This document shows, one piece after another, positions 38,175 through 51,599 of a stretch of DNA of 64,000 nt. Each line of letters opens with the position of its first letter. The stretch's first letter is position 1. Both the position numbers and the translations under genes were made by a program. The notes beneath the pieces were generated by a model. The model was not told the DNA's origin. It ran no database searches and saw only the letters and a list, made by a program, of their open reading frames with translations. The DNA comes from Octopus sinensis (lineage: Eukaryota), in NCBI RefSeq assembly GCF_006345805.1, contig NC_042998.1, positions 189,534,001 through 189,598,000 of the forward strand. The letters are read 5' to 3'.

Positions 38175-38875
38175 GTCAATTTCGCTCTCCCCTTTTTCTT
38201 CCTCCTCTCTCACCTTCTTCTTTCTCATCTCTCTCTTTCTTCTAGCTCCTCTCTCTCCTTATTCTTCCTTATCACTCTCCTTCTTCTAACTCCTCTCTCC
38301 CCTTTTTCTTCCTCCTCTCTCTCCTTCTTTTTTCTCATCTCTCTCTTTCTTCTAGCTCCTCTCTCTCCTTATTCTTCCTCATCACTCTCCTTCTTCTAAC
38401 TCCTCTTTCCCCTTTTTCTTCCTCCTCTCTCTCCTTCTTCTTTCTCATCTCTCTCTTTCTTCTAGCTCCTCTCTCTCCTTATTCTTCCTCATCACTCTCC
38501 TTCTTCTAACTCCTCTCTCTCCTTCTTCTTCCTCCTCTCTCTCCTTCTTCTTTCTCATCTCTCTCTTTCTTCTAGCTCCTCTCTCTCCTTATTCTTCCTC
38601 ATCACTCTCCTTCTTCTAACTCCTCTCTCTCCTTCTTCCTCCTCTCTCTCCTTCTTTCTCATCTCTCTCTTTCTTCTAGCTCCTTTCTCTCCTTATTCTT
38701 CCTCATCACTCTCCTTCTTCTAACTCCTCTCTCTCCTTCTTCTTCCTCCTCTCTCTCCTTCTTTCTCATCTCTCTCTTTCTTCTAGCTCCTCTCTCTCCT
38801 TATTCTTCCTCATCACTCTCCTTCTTCTAACTCCTCTCTCTCCTTCTTCTTCCTCCTCTCTCTCCTTCTTACCTT
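38175..38875. repeat. Pyrimidine-rich minisatellite, ~105-110 bp unit, about six copies
   Basis: ttcttagctcct/ttctagctcct recurs at ~38240, 38350, 38460, 38570, 38675 and 38782. Confidence 0.9.
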
Positions 38876-39042
38876 CTCTTCCCCTCCCCTCGCTCCTTCT
38901 CCATTCCTCTCCCTTTGTCCGCACGCGTATATCTGGGGTTAGACACGCTCTTTGTCTTTTTGTTTTAGTACTTGAGACGTCTTTTGTCAGTGTTATTCAT
39001 ACACATACGCACATGCTAACACCCACCCACATGCATGCGCGT

Positions 39043-39088
<46 letters not shown>

Positions 39089-39693
39089 GCACACACACAC
39101 TCACACACACACACATACATACACATACTTTCTCTATGAAAAAAATAAAATGCAAAAAAAAAAAAATAATAAAATCGATAATATAAAAACTACGAAAGTG
39201 AAACTAAAAAGCGAGAAAGAAAGATAAATCTAGAAGGTGGAGATAAAAAAAAAGCAGCATTTCCGGTGTGTGAAATATCTCGGATGTAAATAGAATATTA
39301 AGGATATATGTGATGTTGGTGATCGGAAGACGGTCGTTCTGTCGGCGGAAGTAATTTTGCACGTGAACTGAGTTTGTTGACGTCCAACGAAGCGCAGCGA
39401 ATGCGCGTATCAGCATGACTCGTCGATGTAGGCTCAGCATCCCCTCCTCCTTTTCCTCGCCATTCTCATCTTCACCCAAGGCTTCTATGTAACTTAAAAC
39501 CTTTTACTGTCGCTTTATTCCCTTATTGTTGTTGTTGTTTTTGTGAGGCTGATACGAAACAAAATAGAAGCCTCAGCAAAGCATCATGAGCGTAGTACTG
39601 AGTGTTTAGCCCCTGGGACAGCTCCGATACAGCAGATCTTTGACCAAAGGCGTTCCAGCCGTGACCATCCCGTCTCCTAATCGGACATGGTAT

Positions 39694-39928
39694 GGGCGGT
39701 GAGCTGGCAGAAGCGTTAGCACGCCGGGCGAAATGCGTAGCCGTATTTCGTCTGCCGTTATGTTCTGAGTTCAAATTCCGCCGAGGTCGACTTTGCCTTT
39801 CATCCTTTCGGGGGTCGATAAATTAAGGACCAGTTACGCACTGGGGTCGATGTAATCGACTTGATCCTTTTGTCTGTCCTTGTTTGTCCCCTCTGAGTTT
39901 AGCCCCTTGTGGGTAGTAAAGAAATAGG
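39694..39928 (+). mobile_element. tRNA-related SINE
   Basis: Full copy of the ggcggtgagctggcaga family. Confidence 0.85.
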
Positions 39929-40468
39929 TATGTCAAGGACTACGTTATGCAATGTGTCATTTTCTTTTTAAGATGGTAAGATGTGATTTGTGAAAGATTT
40001 GGTTACTGTTTCTAGCATTTTGGATGATTGCGTAAAAGCAATTTAACAAAACAGAGCGTTTAGAGATGCCGTCCGAATGAAAAATCCAATAATTAAATTG
40101 TGGTGGGCATATTTAATATGGTGTATTGAATGTCTAATTAGAAATACTTGTGAGTAAAAGTTTGCGGGATTTGTTGTTATTTAGCCACAGTTTAGTCATG
40201 CTTGAGCGGAGATATGATTAAATGAGTTCCAGCCTTGGCCATCTCGTCTTTTTAGCAGACATAGTGTATAAAGACCAACAGGATGCAACATATCCTCTTT
40301 TCAAGATGATAGTGTGTGATTTGAAAGCAATTTGGTTGCTATTTCTAGCATATCGAAAAATCGTATATAGAGGTTTCCGTGTTGATGTTTAGTTCCATTT
40401 TAATCCTGATTTAGCAGATATACGACCAGCGACGCTCTACTTCTAAACTAAAGTGGTAATTTGTCAAA

Positions 40469-40855
40469 GGGAGGCGCAATGGCCCAGTGGTTAGGGCAGC
40501 GGACTCGCGGTCGTAGGATCGCGGTTTCGATTCCCAGACCGGGCGTTGTGAGTGTTTATTGAGCGAAAACACCTAAAGCTCCACGAGTCTCCGGCAGGGG
40601 ATGGTGGTGATCCCTGCTGTACTCTTTCACCACAACTTTCTCTCACTCTTACTTCCTGTTTCTGTTGTACCTGTATTTCAAAGGGCCGGCCTTGTCACTC
40701 TCTGTGTCACGCTGAATATCCCCGAGAACTACGTTAAGGGTGCACGTGTCTGTGGAGTGCTCAGCCACTTACACGTTAATTTCACGAGCAGGCTGTTCTG
40801 TTGATTCGGATCAACAGGAACCCTCGTCGTCGTAACCGACGGAGTGCTTCCATCC
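40469..40855 (+). mobile_element. tRNA-derived SINE (distinct family)
   Basis: Head ggaggcgcaatggcccagtggttagggcagcggactcgcgg...ggtttcgattccc. Flanked by the aatttg(t/g)caaa duplication. Confidence 0.8.
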
Positions 40856-41166
40856 AATTTGGCAAATACATCAGAACGTTGAATAAAATACTTTGCTGAA
40901 TTAGTTCCACCTCTCTGGTCTCTAAATTCAAATCTAAGTTAACTTTTCCTTTCATCATTTCAAGTTCAATTTAATCAAAATGCCAGTCTTGGGCAGTAGA
41001 TTGGTGGAATATTAGAGCGTCAGACGAGACACTTTGTATCTATTCTAGGACTTGGCATTTTGAGTTCAAATTCCACCTTCAGCGTGGTGGTGGAGAAACG
41101 GTAGTTTCGTGACTCGGTCAACGGTGATAGGACTACACCTCCAGTTAGGAGAGAGAGAAACGTATA

Positions 41167-41530
41167 TCTCTCTATATATAAACGGCAAAATGTCTGTGTG
41201 TGTATCCTTTATACAAATCCACAATTTTTCAGTTAGAGGGCTCGCACTTTCTATGGTCATTCAAAACCGTCCAAGGGTGGTTGTGCATATCTTTACATTT
41301 CCCCAGTCACCCCGCAAAGCCATTAAAAAATCAATAGAAGTGACTTTTTTGTGAATTTTCTATCCAAAACCCAATCAAAATGCCCGAAACTTGATACGCC
41401 AATTGAATGCCTGCTAGCTGTATGTGATTGGTCGGAGATTTGGACAGTACTCACGTGTATGTGCGCATGCACGCAGCTGTATATGCATGCACTAGCACTA
41501 TGACCCGGCGTTGCCAGATCATAGTGCTAG
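41167..41530 (+). mobile_element. Non-autonomous Helitron
   Basis: A|TCTCTCTATATATAAACGGCA start, shared with 10947-11375. Ends in a hairpin and CTAG|T. Confidence 0.75.
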
Positions 41531-41559
41531 TCTATAATAAGATTAGTTAAGTTAATCTT

Positions 41560-42950
41560 CCATTTTCTTTTTTTAAAACGATAGGGTGTTCTAATGAAGG
41601 TTTTATTTCTAATTCGAGTGTCCCGCTTAGAATCGATGTTACTGTTTTGGTCAGGGATATTTGGTTACTATTTCTGGTCGAGGGATTAAATAGAAGCTGT
41701 CTCATTCGTCTCGAGAAGGAAACTATTTGGTACATATTCAAAAGTAAAGAATTTTATGGTACTGCTGCTCACTCTTATACAGTCGCTTTCATTGTTACTT
41801 CCATAGAAAAAAACATTCGATATAGCTAATAGGAAGGCTCTCTGGAGAATAGTCTTTAAGTTGGGTTGCTCTGGAAAGATTGTAAGTATCATTTGATCTA
41901 TGCATGGCAATATGAAGGCATGGGTTTGCCTTAACAGAAAACTGTTGGAGCCTATCTCTGCTGAGTGAGAGGTAAAGTATGGTGTTCTTTATACTCTCGG
42001 CTTCTTTGCAATATTTTTCCTTGTGCGAAAAAATAGCGTTTTCTGATAACAACACTGATATTTATAAGATATCGAACAACAAGAAAACTCTATCTTGTAC
42101 CATTAAAGAGCACCATTTCTCTGACTAGATATTTATTATTTGTAGATGACTGTGATCTGCTTACACACACTGAAACCGACTTGCAGAAAGTAACGAACTA
42201 CGTCGCCGCACCATATGAGTTTCGGTTAACATGAAAAAAAGAAACCCTCAAAAAACCCCCCAAAACAAACCAGTTGTGATGTATCTGCCGGCACATGTAA
42301 GACTATATTATCCACCTGTTAAGGCGGCGAGCTGGCAGAAACGTTAGCACGCCGGGCGAAATGCTCAGCAGTATTTCGTCTGTCGCTACGTTCTGAGTTC
42401 AAATTCCGCCGAGGTCGACTTTGCTTTTCATCCTTTCGGGGTCGATAAATAAAGTACCAGTTACGTACTGGGGTCGCTGTTATCGACTTAATCCGTTTGT
42501 CTGTCCTTGTTTGTCCCCTCTATGTTTAGCCCCTTGTGGGTAATTATAAAATATATATTATCCACCTGTCATTTATGATAAAAGTTGCGGCTAAGTTTGT
42601 ATATCTGGGTTGTATACTCTCCCGATCCAGTACCCTGGACGAAGGAACCAGCAACAGGACTTGCAAAGCTGTTGATACATAGGGGAGTTGCAAAAGAGAC
42701 TGGTTACAATCGGATATCACAAAAATGTACAAACATTCAAGTGTACCGGGCAAGTGTGCTTACAGATACGAAAAGCAGACAACATTTTTACAGACATCCG
42801 TAGCATCAGTGCTTGCGGTGCATAGTAATCTCTTGGAGATGCTTTATATCAAATACAGAAGTGAATCTGTAGAAGGTCTCTACCATATAGTCTTTACAAT
42901 ACGTTTCAAAAGGAGGATTCCTAAGCTATGAGCGGAGTGATATTATTCTT
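41560..42950 (+). pseudogene. Degenerate RTE-like LINE reverse-transcriptase region
   Basis: FVDDCDLLTHTETDLQ (YADD motif region) at ~42140 and KFVYLGCILS at ~42593. Boundaries approximate. Confidence 0.65.
42320..42553 (+). mobile_element. tRNA-related SINE nested in LINE
   Basis: 16-bp TSD tatattatccacctgt (42304 / 42554). Confidence 0.88.
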
Positions 42951-42967
42951 GATGTGGAAAAACCGAT

Positions 42968-43195
42968 TATATATTTCTTTATTACCCACAAGGGGTTAAC
43001 ATAGAGGGGACAAACAAGGACAGAAAAACGGATTAAGTCGATTACATCGACCCCAGTGCGTAACTGGTATTTAATTTATCGACCCCGAACGAATGAAAGG
43101 CAAAGTCGACCTCGGCGGAATTTGAACTCAGAACATCAAGACAGACGAAATACGGCATTTCGCCCGGCGTGCTAACGATTCTGCCAGCTCGCCGT
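42968..43195 (-). mobile_element. tRNA-related SINE
   Basis: Family match. Confidence 0.8.
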
Positions 43196-46100
43196 CTATA
43201 TGGAAATACAATATAATATGTAAGTTGACTTTCCGTGAGGTCTGTGTAGCAGAAATATGTTGTGTAGCAAAAATGCAAATGAAGCAATACATAATAATCG
43301 CTCACGAATCACCTAAGCTGGAGATTCTATTCATTTTCCCACCCAAGGCTTATTTCTCTCGATAAATTATGGGCTGTTGTTTATTTATAACTTCATTTGC
43401 GTTTGACCTTTTTAAAAGACTAATTTTCATGTTTTCCGATGCTCTGAACAAAATAAGAAAAAAACCCAACAAACAAACACACACACACACACACAACACA
43501 CACACACACCACACCACACACACCACACCACACAAACATGGGTAAGTACATATGTGTGTGTATGTGTTCTGTGTGTGTGTTTTTGTGTGTGTGCATGTAT
43601 GTATGTATGTATGCATGTAGGTAGGTAGGCAGGTAGGTAGGTAGGTGTGTATGAATGTATGCATGTTCTTTCCTATTTTTAGATATTTGAAGTCTTCTGG
43701 TGAGGAAGGAGCTAGTTCCTAACAAAGATACGAAGCTCCATTGGAATATAGTCAACAAAAAACAATGACATATGCTGAACTTGAAAAAAGTCTTACATAT
43801 TTTTACAGTTCCGCTTACGCATTGTATTTTTAATATGTGTCAGCTGGTTGATTTATTTCTCTCAAAACTCTAGCTTTTCCAGATTGTCACCGAAGTATTT
43901 ACTATTAAAATCAAGGACACCCATCAATATTAGTATAAATGTGATTTAATAATCTGGGTTGTATGTCTGTCTGGCTGTATGTATGTATGTATGTATGTAT
44001 GTTTGTATGTATGTATGTATGTACGTATGTATATATGTAAGTATTATGTATATAAATGCACACATGACACACACACACATGCGCATGTATAACGATACGA
44101 TTTCGAATTATGAAAACATTTATCCTCTAATAAAATCATATATATGACCATCCTTAATAATGTTAATTAGTTATGAAATATTCAGATCAGCCCATAGTGA
44201 TTTTATTCCTTATAACCATCTAGGTCATGTGCAGACAATTGAGATAATGTATAGGAAGTCTTGTTAATGAATTTCAATATTTTCTCTTTGTTCTTGTTCA
44301 CATGATTACTATTTTCTTGAAAAAGATTTTGTGAAAAGAAAGCAAAAGTCATCCAGCTACTAAATCGTTTCAAATACGACAAATGAAGATAAAAGATACA
44401 CATCACAAGCCATTCAAATAACGTCTAACACTTTGATAGAGGGAAACCGCTCAAAATCATTTCGTGATTCATCAATAAAAGTGATGCCGAGAACACTGAA
44501 AGTAGGCCTATTAGAACTTTCACCTGAAAGATTGTGACATATCACGGCTTATACATATCTTTGTGTTACATTTCATCCTCTGCAGCTTCAGCAGTGTTAA
44601 CATTTGATGCAATCCAATAACTTATATTTCGTTCATGTGGCTGAAAGGATAGCTCACAGTTTCTACGAAATATATCAAATAGAAAGCATTCTCTATGGAA
44701 TTGTCAAGAAATCCAATAAAATGAAAAGAAATTGGCAAGAGACCATACATTTGTAGTACCGATCCTTATCAAAATGTTGCATAGTAATTTAATCATTTCA
44801 GATTTTCATTGATTTTGACAGGATTTTAAAGAACTCAATTATTTAAATAGTGTTGTATTCGGATAATCAATACCCATAATGTGATAGCTAAGATAAATTA
44901 GTTGACCATTGTTCGAGCTGTATGCAACATAAAAACTTAGGAAAAGAAATGTGATTTGAAATAAAATCACTGAACATTTTTATAGCTTATGGAATGGAGT
45001 GACGTGGATAACGTAAAATACAAATATTTAAAATCTCCCGGCTTCAAAAGTTCGATTCTATTAGAACAAAGTAGCCCTTTCTGAGTTCATTTCTTCGACT
45101 GCATTGAATAGCTATATAATTTTAGGTGCCCTATCACATATTACACATATACCACGATACGACGCATTGATGCCTCTACAGAGTCGCTCGGCCAGTTAGA
45201 AATAGCTGACAAATTACTTCAGATCACACGTTACCATCATAAAAATGGAAGATACATTGTACAGCGTAGCTCTAATGATATACAGACGGAATGATCATGA
45301 ATGGAGTGACTTTGATTAAAGGTATGCTAAATAAGAACTGAACTGGTATTAAACCTACAACAAACATAGGCGATTACGATATATTCCTTTGAACCTTGAG
45401 ATTTCTTCTATTTGATTTATTGATATAGGTATTGATTTTGTCTAGCCAGGGTTAACCATGATCGAATAAACTTTTGATAAAAAAATATTCCTGCTGGGAC
45501 CATCTCGTCCAATAAAGGGATATAAAAGAATATATTATCCCATGTAATCAATGTAGTAGGTTGTATTTTGATGGAAATTTGGTTGTTAATTCTAATGTAG
45601 AAGCTCCCACGTTGGCTCGAAGATCTTCTGATACAGACTTAATCTGTCTCAAATTAGACATAAGCCGAATTTCTAAATTCCCAAGGGATTAGTTCGGACG
45701 CATAAAAGTGTAATTTGGATAGTCTTATCACTTGCCCAAAGTAAAATTTAAGCAATATTTCTGACAGAATGAGTTAACATTTCATAAATTTTCTTTTGTT
45801 ATTCTAAATAATTGTGTGTATTATTTATCATTGTACACAATATGTAAGGAAAGTGGCAAAAATCCAGCAAGTATGAACTTAAATATGCTTTGTTTAACGT
45901 AACTGGTATTATACAAAAAGTTTATTATTCTTTAAAAAGACGCCATCTTCCTATTTCAAAGCTTTAATTTAACATTCTCTGTGTAAAAATGTACTTAGCT
46001 CGAATCAAATATGAGACGTATTATTTCTACTCTACTCAAAAGTTTTAGTTGTAGGCACATTGCTTTGAAATGAATTTCTCATTTAGTTCTCTATAATTTC

Positions 46101-48636
46101 ATATTCACATATGAGAGAACAAAAGGAGCGCAAGAGAAATTATCTAAAAAGATTGAAGATTGAAGATTGAATAAATACAAACTTAAGTGCATTACTTAGT
46201 ATGAGTGGTTAATGTACTGAAACGACAGAGTATTAAATAAAATATCACACAGTATTTAATTCGGATACTTTACATTTTGTGTTGAAATCCTGCCGGGGCA
46301 GACTTAAAATCAATATAATTGTAGGATCGGTGAAAATAAGTACTGTAATATATTGAGGTTGACTCAAATATATCAACCCTGCGAATTTGTAGACTTGTGT
46401 CAAGGAGAAAAATAACCCATTGCCGTTGTTGTTTAGTCCCAGATAAACTCTGATCAAGCAGACCTATCACTATAGGCATTCCATCCGTGATTATTCGTTT
46501 TGATTTTTTTTGAGACAAAATATTTCTAAGATTACACTATCTAATATACTCTTCCATATTATAAACCGCTTGCGTGTGATATGAGAGAGATTTGGATGGC
46601 TGCTACTTCAGGCAGGTCAAGTGACCCCATAGAAGCTTTCTCATAGGCCAAAACACTTATATAAGCATCGTGTGTAACTATGTATATCCAAGTAAAGCTG
46701 TGGTTGCATGCTATCTTTTACATTCAGAAAATTTATCCAAATGAATAACCAAACAAACATTCAACTGTAGCAAGCTGAAATTGTCTTAAAGTGTATATAA
46801 AACGCATGCTTAACTACCAATATTTGAGTAACAATGACGTAACTTCTCTTGAAAATGACTTGGTTAATTCCTTTAGTTATTCAAGAACTTTATCGAACCC
46901 ATTTGTAATATTTGTTACTGTGTCACTTCTCAAATCACAATCTTCATTAACGGAGGTTGAAATATAATTCAAAGCATCAGGAATTGATTCCGAACTTTGT
47001 TCACTGTCACTCTATGTATCAGTGTTTATTTGAGATGCAAGTGCAAGTATACATCTGCTACCTTTAAGAATCATAGCTGTTTTATTTACTGTTTGAGATG
47101 TCATCCAACTTGTTGTGCTTCGTCATTTCTTCTGCATCGATATTATATTGGAGCTATAGTTTCATAAAACATTGCTATTGGTTATCACACACATCTGCCT
47201 ATCAAAGCAGATGAAACAAGAAGTTTTCCTGTGTGAGAGATGTTTGATAACTCAAAAATATGAAGTTCAAAATTGTAATAATAGGATCATTATTTTCTGA
47301 GTATGCATTTAAAACCATTTTTAATACTTGCAGCAATTCCTTCAGCAACTCCATTTCATTCAGGATGATGGAGACTTTTTCATAGGTTTACATCCGAACT
47401 TACCAAGCCTTGAACAAAAGAAATAATTATCACGATATTCACTGGCATGGTCAACCACTAATATGTCTCGAACACACCATTTCTGGCAAACACTGTTCTG
47501 AATATTTCGTTTTTGGATTTGGTTTGCAAGATTCTTTATATAAGTTAGTGTGTTGAAGCATATTCTGTTGTGTCTGGGGAGAGTCATTTTCTTTTTGTGC
47601 CTTTTGAAAAGGTTGCAAGACGCAACGAAAATTTTAGGAAAATAAAAATAAGAAAAAAGTGGAAATTTTACCGGTGAGTGTGTTACATTATAAGGCATAA
47701 AAAGAAAATGACTCTCCCCAGACACAACAGAACTGTTCTGAAGAGATACCTGTTTCTACTTCTTTATTCTGAACTCATTAATTCTGATTATCCAAGGTAT
47801 GTACCGACTAATACTAAGAACAATCTAAATTCTTGACATTAGCATGAGTCTTATGTACACATGTCCATACTTTAATTTCTTTACACGTGTGTACTTTTGA
47901 AATGATCTCGCTTTATTCGAACACATATCGGACATTTTATATTTCGTTCCATATCTTCTCAATTAGAAGCATAGTGACCAGTACCAATTTTGAGAAGCTG
48001 TATTCACAAAGCCAAAAAGGATACAACCTAAGTAGGAGAGTGCAGTTACAAGTTGTCGAAGGTAGTGTTAACATACGTAAAACATTCATAGTGTTCAGCA
48101 TGCAATAAGATCTAATTATGCACTGCCCTTCAAGTGTACATGTGCACATACGTATGCATATGCTTACATGCGTACATGTATATTGGTGCATACATACACT
48201 CACACACACGCACATACACACATATATGTACACATATGTGGCTACGTGTATACATATATTTGTACGCACATATATACATGCAAGACTACTCTGTTTGCTG
48301 TTATCTAAATTCCAGTGAGACTTGTTTCGAGATCTAGGAACCGGCTCTTTCTCCATTAGTGAAAAATTCAGAAAATAAAATTAAGAACGTACATAATCTC
48401 AGACACATATCATAAAATACATAATAAGGAAAAAAACAAACAAACAAACAAACAAGTTTAACGTTTTTGAATTTCAATTTTTTTCCCTGTAATATTGTAA
48501 TATAAAATAAAATGACAGGAAAAATATAATGAATGCATATTTTCTTTCATATGCATTTAATGATATATATATATATTATATATATATATATGTGTGTGTA
48601 TATATATATATATGTGTGTATATATATATATGTATG

Positions 48637-48734
<98 letters not shown>

Positions 48735-48957
48735 ATATATATTTTGTGAAATAGAAAGATGAATAATCTTGTTGCAGATTAATCAAAAGTTTAACCGATA
48801 CCTTGGTAGCAAAAATCACAGCAGAAGACAGCACGGTTGGAGGTACAACCATATGGTGTTGCAACCGTGCGTTGGTGCGGATAATTGAATTTTAATATTA
48901 TTAGTGAATTGAAGAAATGGAGTTGAATGAAGATTGAACAGAAATCGTTTTATTGCA

Positions 48958-49037
48958 TTCTACACGTGTTTCGAAAGGCACAATTTACCAAATTCCGATT
49001 GAATAAGGAGACCATATTGTGTCTTTCTCTTCAGGAA
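48958..49037 (-). ncRNA. Type I hammerhead ribozyme in PLE pseudo-LTR
   Basis: ttc CTGAAGA gaaagacacaat...attgtgcctttc GAAA cacgtg TA gaa. Confidence 0.75.
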
Positions 49038-49632
49038 GAAATAGGAAATCCGTTGGAAAAAACAAAAAACAGAACATAGGCGGAGCAAAACAAATCGAAC
49101 GAGGCTCCTAAGAGCCCATGGCCAAACTGTTTATCAATGTATGTTGAAAACTGGTGGTGGGTGCGTTGAAGGTTTTAACGGGTCAGGCAGCGGTCATTCC
49201 AGTGGGTGGGAGCACGGGGTGCTTAGATGTTCTTTGTGACCGAGACTAAAGTTCTGACTATTTAAAGAATATTAGGTGTATTATATGGGGCGAGTCAAAA
49301 TCTACTTAGAAACATGTGTGTGTGTACTGTTCTATGTGTTCGTATGTGCGTTTGATCACGTGGCCGTCAGTTGGTAAACAGCCCTACACAATGGTCACTG
49401 CTGTAAAATCCGTCGGGTGGCAGAAAAAATTTTTTTATGTGTGCGTGTGTTCGTCTAAACCTGCCTTGTCAAAGAAACCCCCCGTCGTCAAGACAAACCA
49501 CCATTCGTCTCCCAGGAGTAATTCCCCTTGCAATGGTTAATCATATTTCTCTTAAAAAGTTTTTCAGAATTTATTTCCAAGGGCTATTTTCATATAAGTA
49601 GTGTAACCGGGTGCAGGTATTATTTATAAGCG

Positions 49633-50142
49633 TTATTTATAAGCAAGATAAGTATAACGCCGCCAGTGGGGGCATCGAAAAGCCGACTGTAAAAGTCCGT
49701 TTACCATCCGGTCTCTGGCGAACAATATATGGAAGAGTTCGGAGACACAAAGGTTGCACTTCCTTCTGCCCCTGTCAAATGGGAGGGCCACCGACAAAAT
49801 TGACCATTCCAGGCTGTAGCTTGAGTTCGTATTCTTCAATCGCCATATTAGCTTGCTAAGTCCCGTGGTCTGGCATTTATTCACGTCTCGAAAAGTTGCG
49901 TAATGGTTGGAGATTCGTGAGGACAATCTTGACGATGAGGCCCCGACATAAGAGTAGACATCTGAGTCCGTGTAAACCTTACATTGGTAGACGGCGTTTC
50001 TGATCTTGGAGTTCACCGACGTGAACCTTATTCTATTAGGATTAGTTTCTGAAATTAGAACTGCGTTACTGTTACTATATTTGTTGCGAGAACTGCAGCC
50101 GCTTACTACTTTATTTTCCACTACGTCACTATTATTTTCCAC
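49633..50142 (-). CDS. PLE GIY-YIG endonuclease domain (C-terminal fragment of element ORF)
   Basis: AVYQCKV...SYVGASS..RISNH...LSKLIWRLK...WSIL...CNLCVSE...CPH: Penelope-type GIY-YIG with Cys/His motifs. RT is absent. Confidence 0.8.
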   Translation of the reverse strand: MENNSDVVENKVVSGCSSRNKYSNSNAVLISETNPNRIRFTSVNSKIRNAVYQCKVYTDSDVYSYVGASSSRLSSRISNHYATFRDVNKCQTTGLSKLIWRLKNTNSSYSLEWSILSVALPFDRGRRKCNLCVSELFHILFARDRMVNGLLQSAFRCPHWRRYTYLAYK

Positions 50143-50454
50143 TACGTCATTCCGTTAGTTAATAGTGTTTCTAAGTAGATTGTTTCTAAGTAGATTTTGT
50201 CTCGCCCCATATAATACACCTAATATTCTTTAAATAGTCAGAACTTTAGTTTCGGTCACAAAGAACATCTAAGCACCCCGTGCTCCCACCCACTGGAATG
50301 ACCGCTGCCTGACCCGTTAAAACCTTCACGCACCCACCACCAGTTTTTTACATACATTGATAAACAGTTTGGCCATAGGCTCTTAGGATTTGTTCGATTT
50401 GTTTTGCTCCGCCTATGTTCTGTTTTTTGTTTTTTCCAACGGATTTCCTATTTC

Positions 50455-50534
50455 TTCCTGAAGAGAAAGACACAATATGGTCTCCTTATTCAATCGGAAT
50501 TTGGTAAATTGTGCCTTTCGAAACACGTGTAGAA
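50455..50534 (+). ncRNA. Type I hammerhead ribozyme in inverted PLE pseudo-LTR
   Basis: Same motif as 48958-49037, on the opposite strand. Confidence 0.75.
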
Positions 50535-50638
50535 TGCAATAAAACGATTTCTGTTCAATCTTCGTTCAACTCCATTTCTTCAATTCACTAATAATATATA
50601 TATATATATATATATGTATGTATATATATATATGTATG

Positions 50639-50671
<33 letters not shown>

Positions 50672-50794
50672 ATATATTATATATATATATATATTATGTA
50701 TATATATATATATGTATGTATATATATGTATATATATATATATATGTATGTATATATATATATGTATATATGTATGTATGTATATATATAAACG

Positions 50795-50827
<33 letters not shown>

Positions 50828-51203
50828 CTATACATATATATATACATATATATATATGTATGTATGTATGTCAAATGGAATAATTACTATAGAATATATT
50901 GTGTAAAGGATCGTGGGTAAGGCAGAACAAAAGTAAATGCAAGGCAACATCCTAAGAAAACAGATATATGAATTAATGTAGAATTACCTTGCATTCAATA
51001 TTTCGGGGTTATAACCCCATTTTCAAGAAACTGACGACAACATTCGTCAGTTTCTTGACGAATATATATATATATTATATATATATATATATATGTAACC
51101 GTAATTAAAAATGACTGAAGGGTGTTAGAAACACCCTCAGTCATATTTAATGACGGTCATAGTTTTCCTTTTTGGTACACATTGCTTGCCACTGCCTACA
51201 TTA

Positions 51204-51238
<35 letters not shown>

Positions 51239-51272
51239 GTAATAATAATAATAATAATATAATAATAATAAT

Positions 51273-51318
<46 letters not shown>

Positions 51319-51321
51319 ATA

Positions 51322-51387
<66 letters not shown>

Positions 51388-51390
51388 ATG

Positions 51391-51426
<36 letters not shown>

Positions 51427-51599
51427 TATATATTCAGTCTCTTTTGCCGAACCTTTAAGTTACAAAGACGTAAACACACCAACATCAGTTGTCAAGCGAT
51501 GGTGAGTGTGTGTGCAAATACAGACACAAAGACACATACATAAAGGTGATGATTGCTTCATCTTGACAGATGATAGCGCCGTTCCATTAACACACTCAC

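Larger units (their letters stand above)
48895..50597 (-). mobile_element. 5'-truncated Penelope-like element with inverted pseudo-LTRs
   Basis: ~420-bp near-identical inverted arms (48895-49314 / 50181-50597) around a GIY-YIG endonuclease ORF fragment, with a hammerhead in each arm. Confidence 0.88.

Noticed and set aside
38175-38875. CRISPR-like regular repeat
   Set aside because: It has no unique spacers; it is a low-complexity eukaryotic minisatellite.
40469-40545. Possible tRNA gene
   Set aside because: The cloverleaf is incomplete and continues into a ~390-bp body with a flanking duplication, so it is a SINE head.
48310-48360. Minus-strand gag..ctc-GAAA-caag-TC hammerhead-like half
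   Set aside because: No CUGANGA box and no matching stem I.
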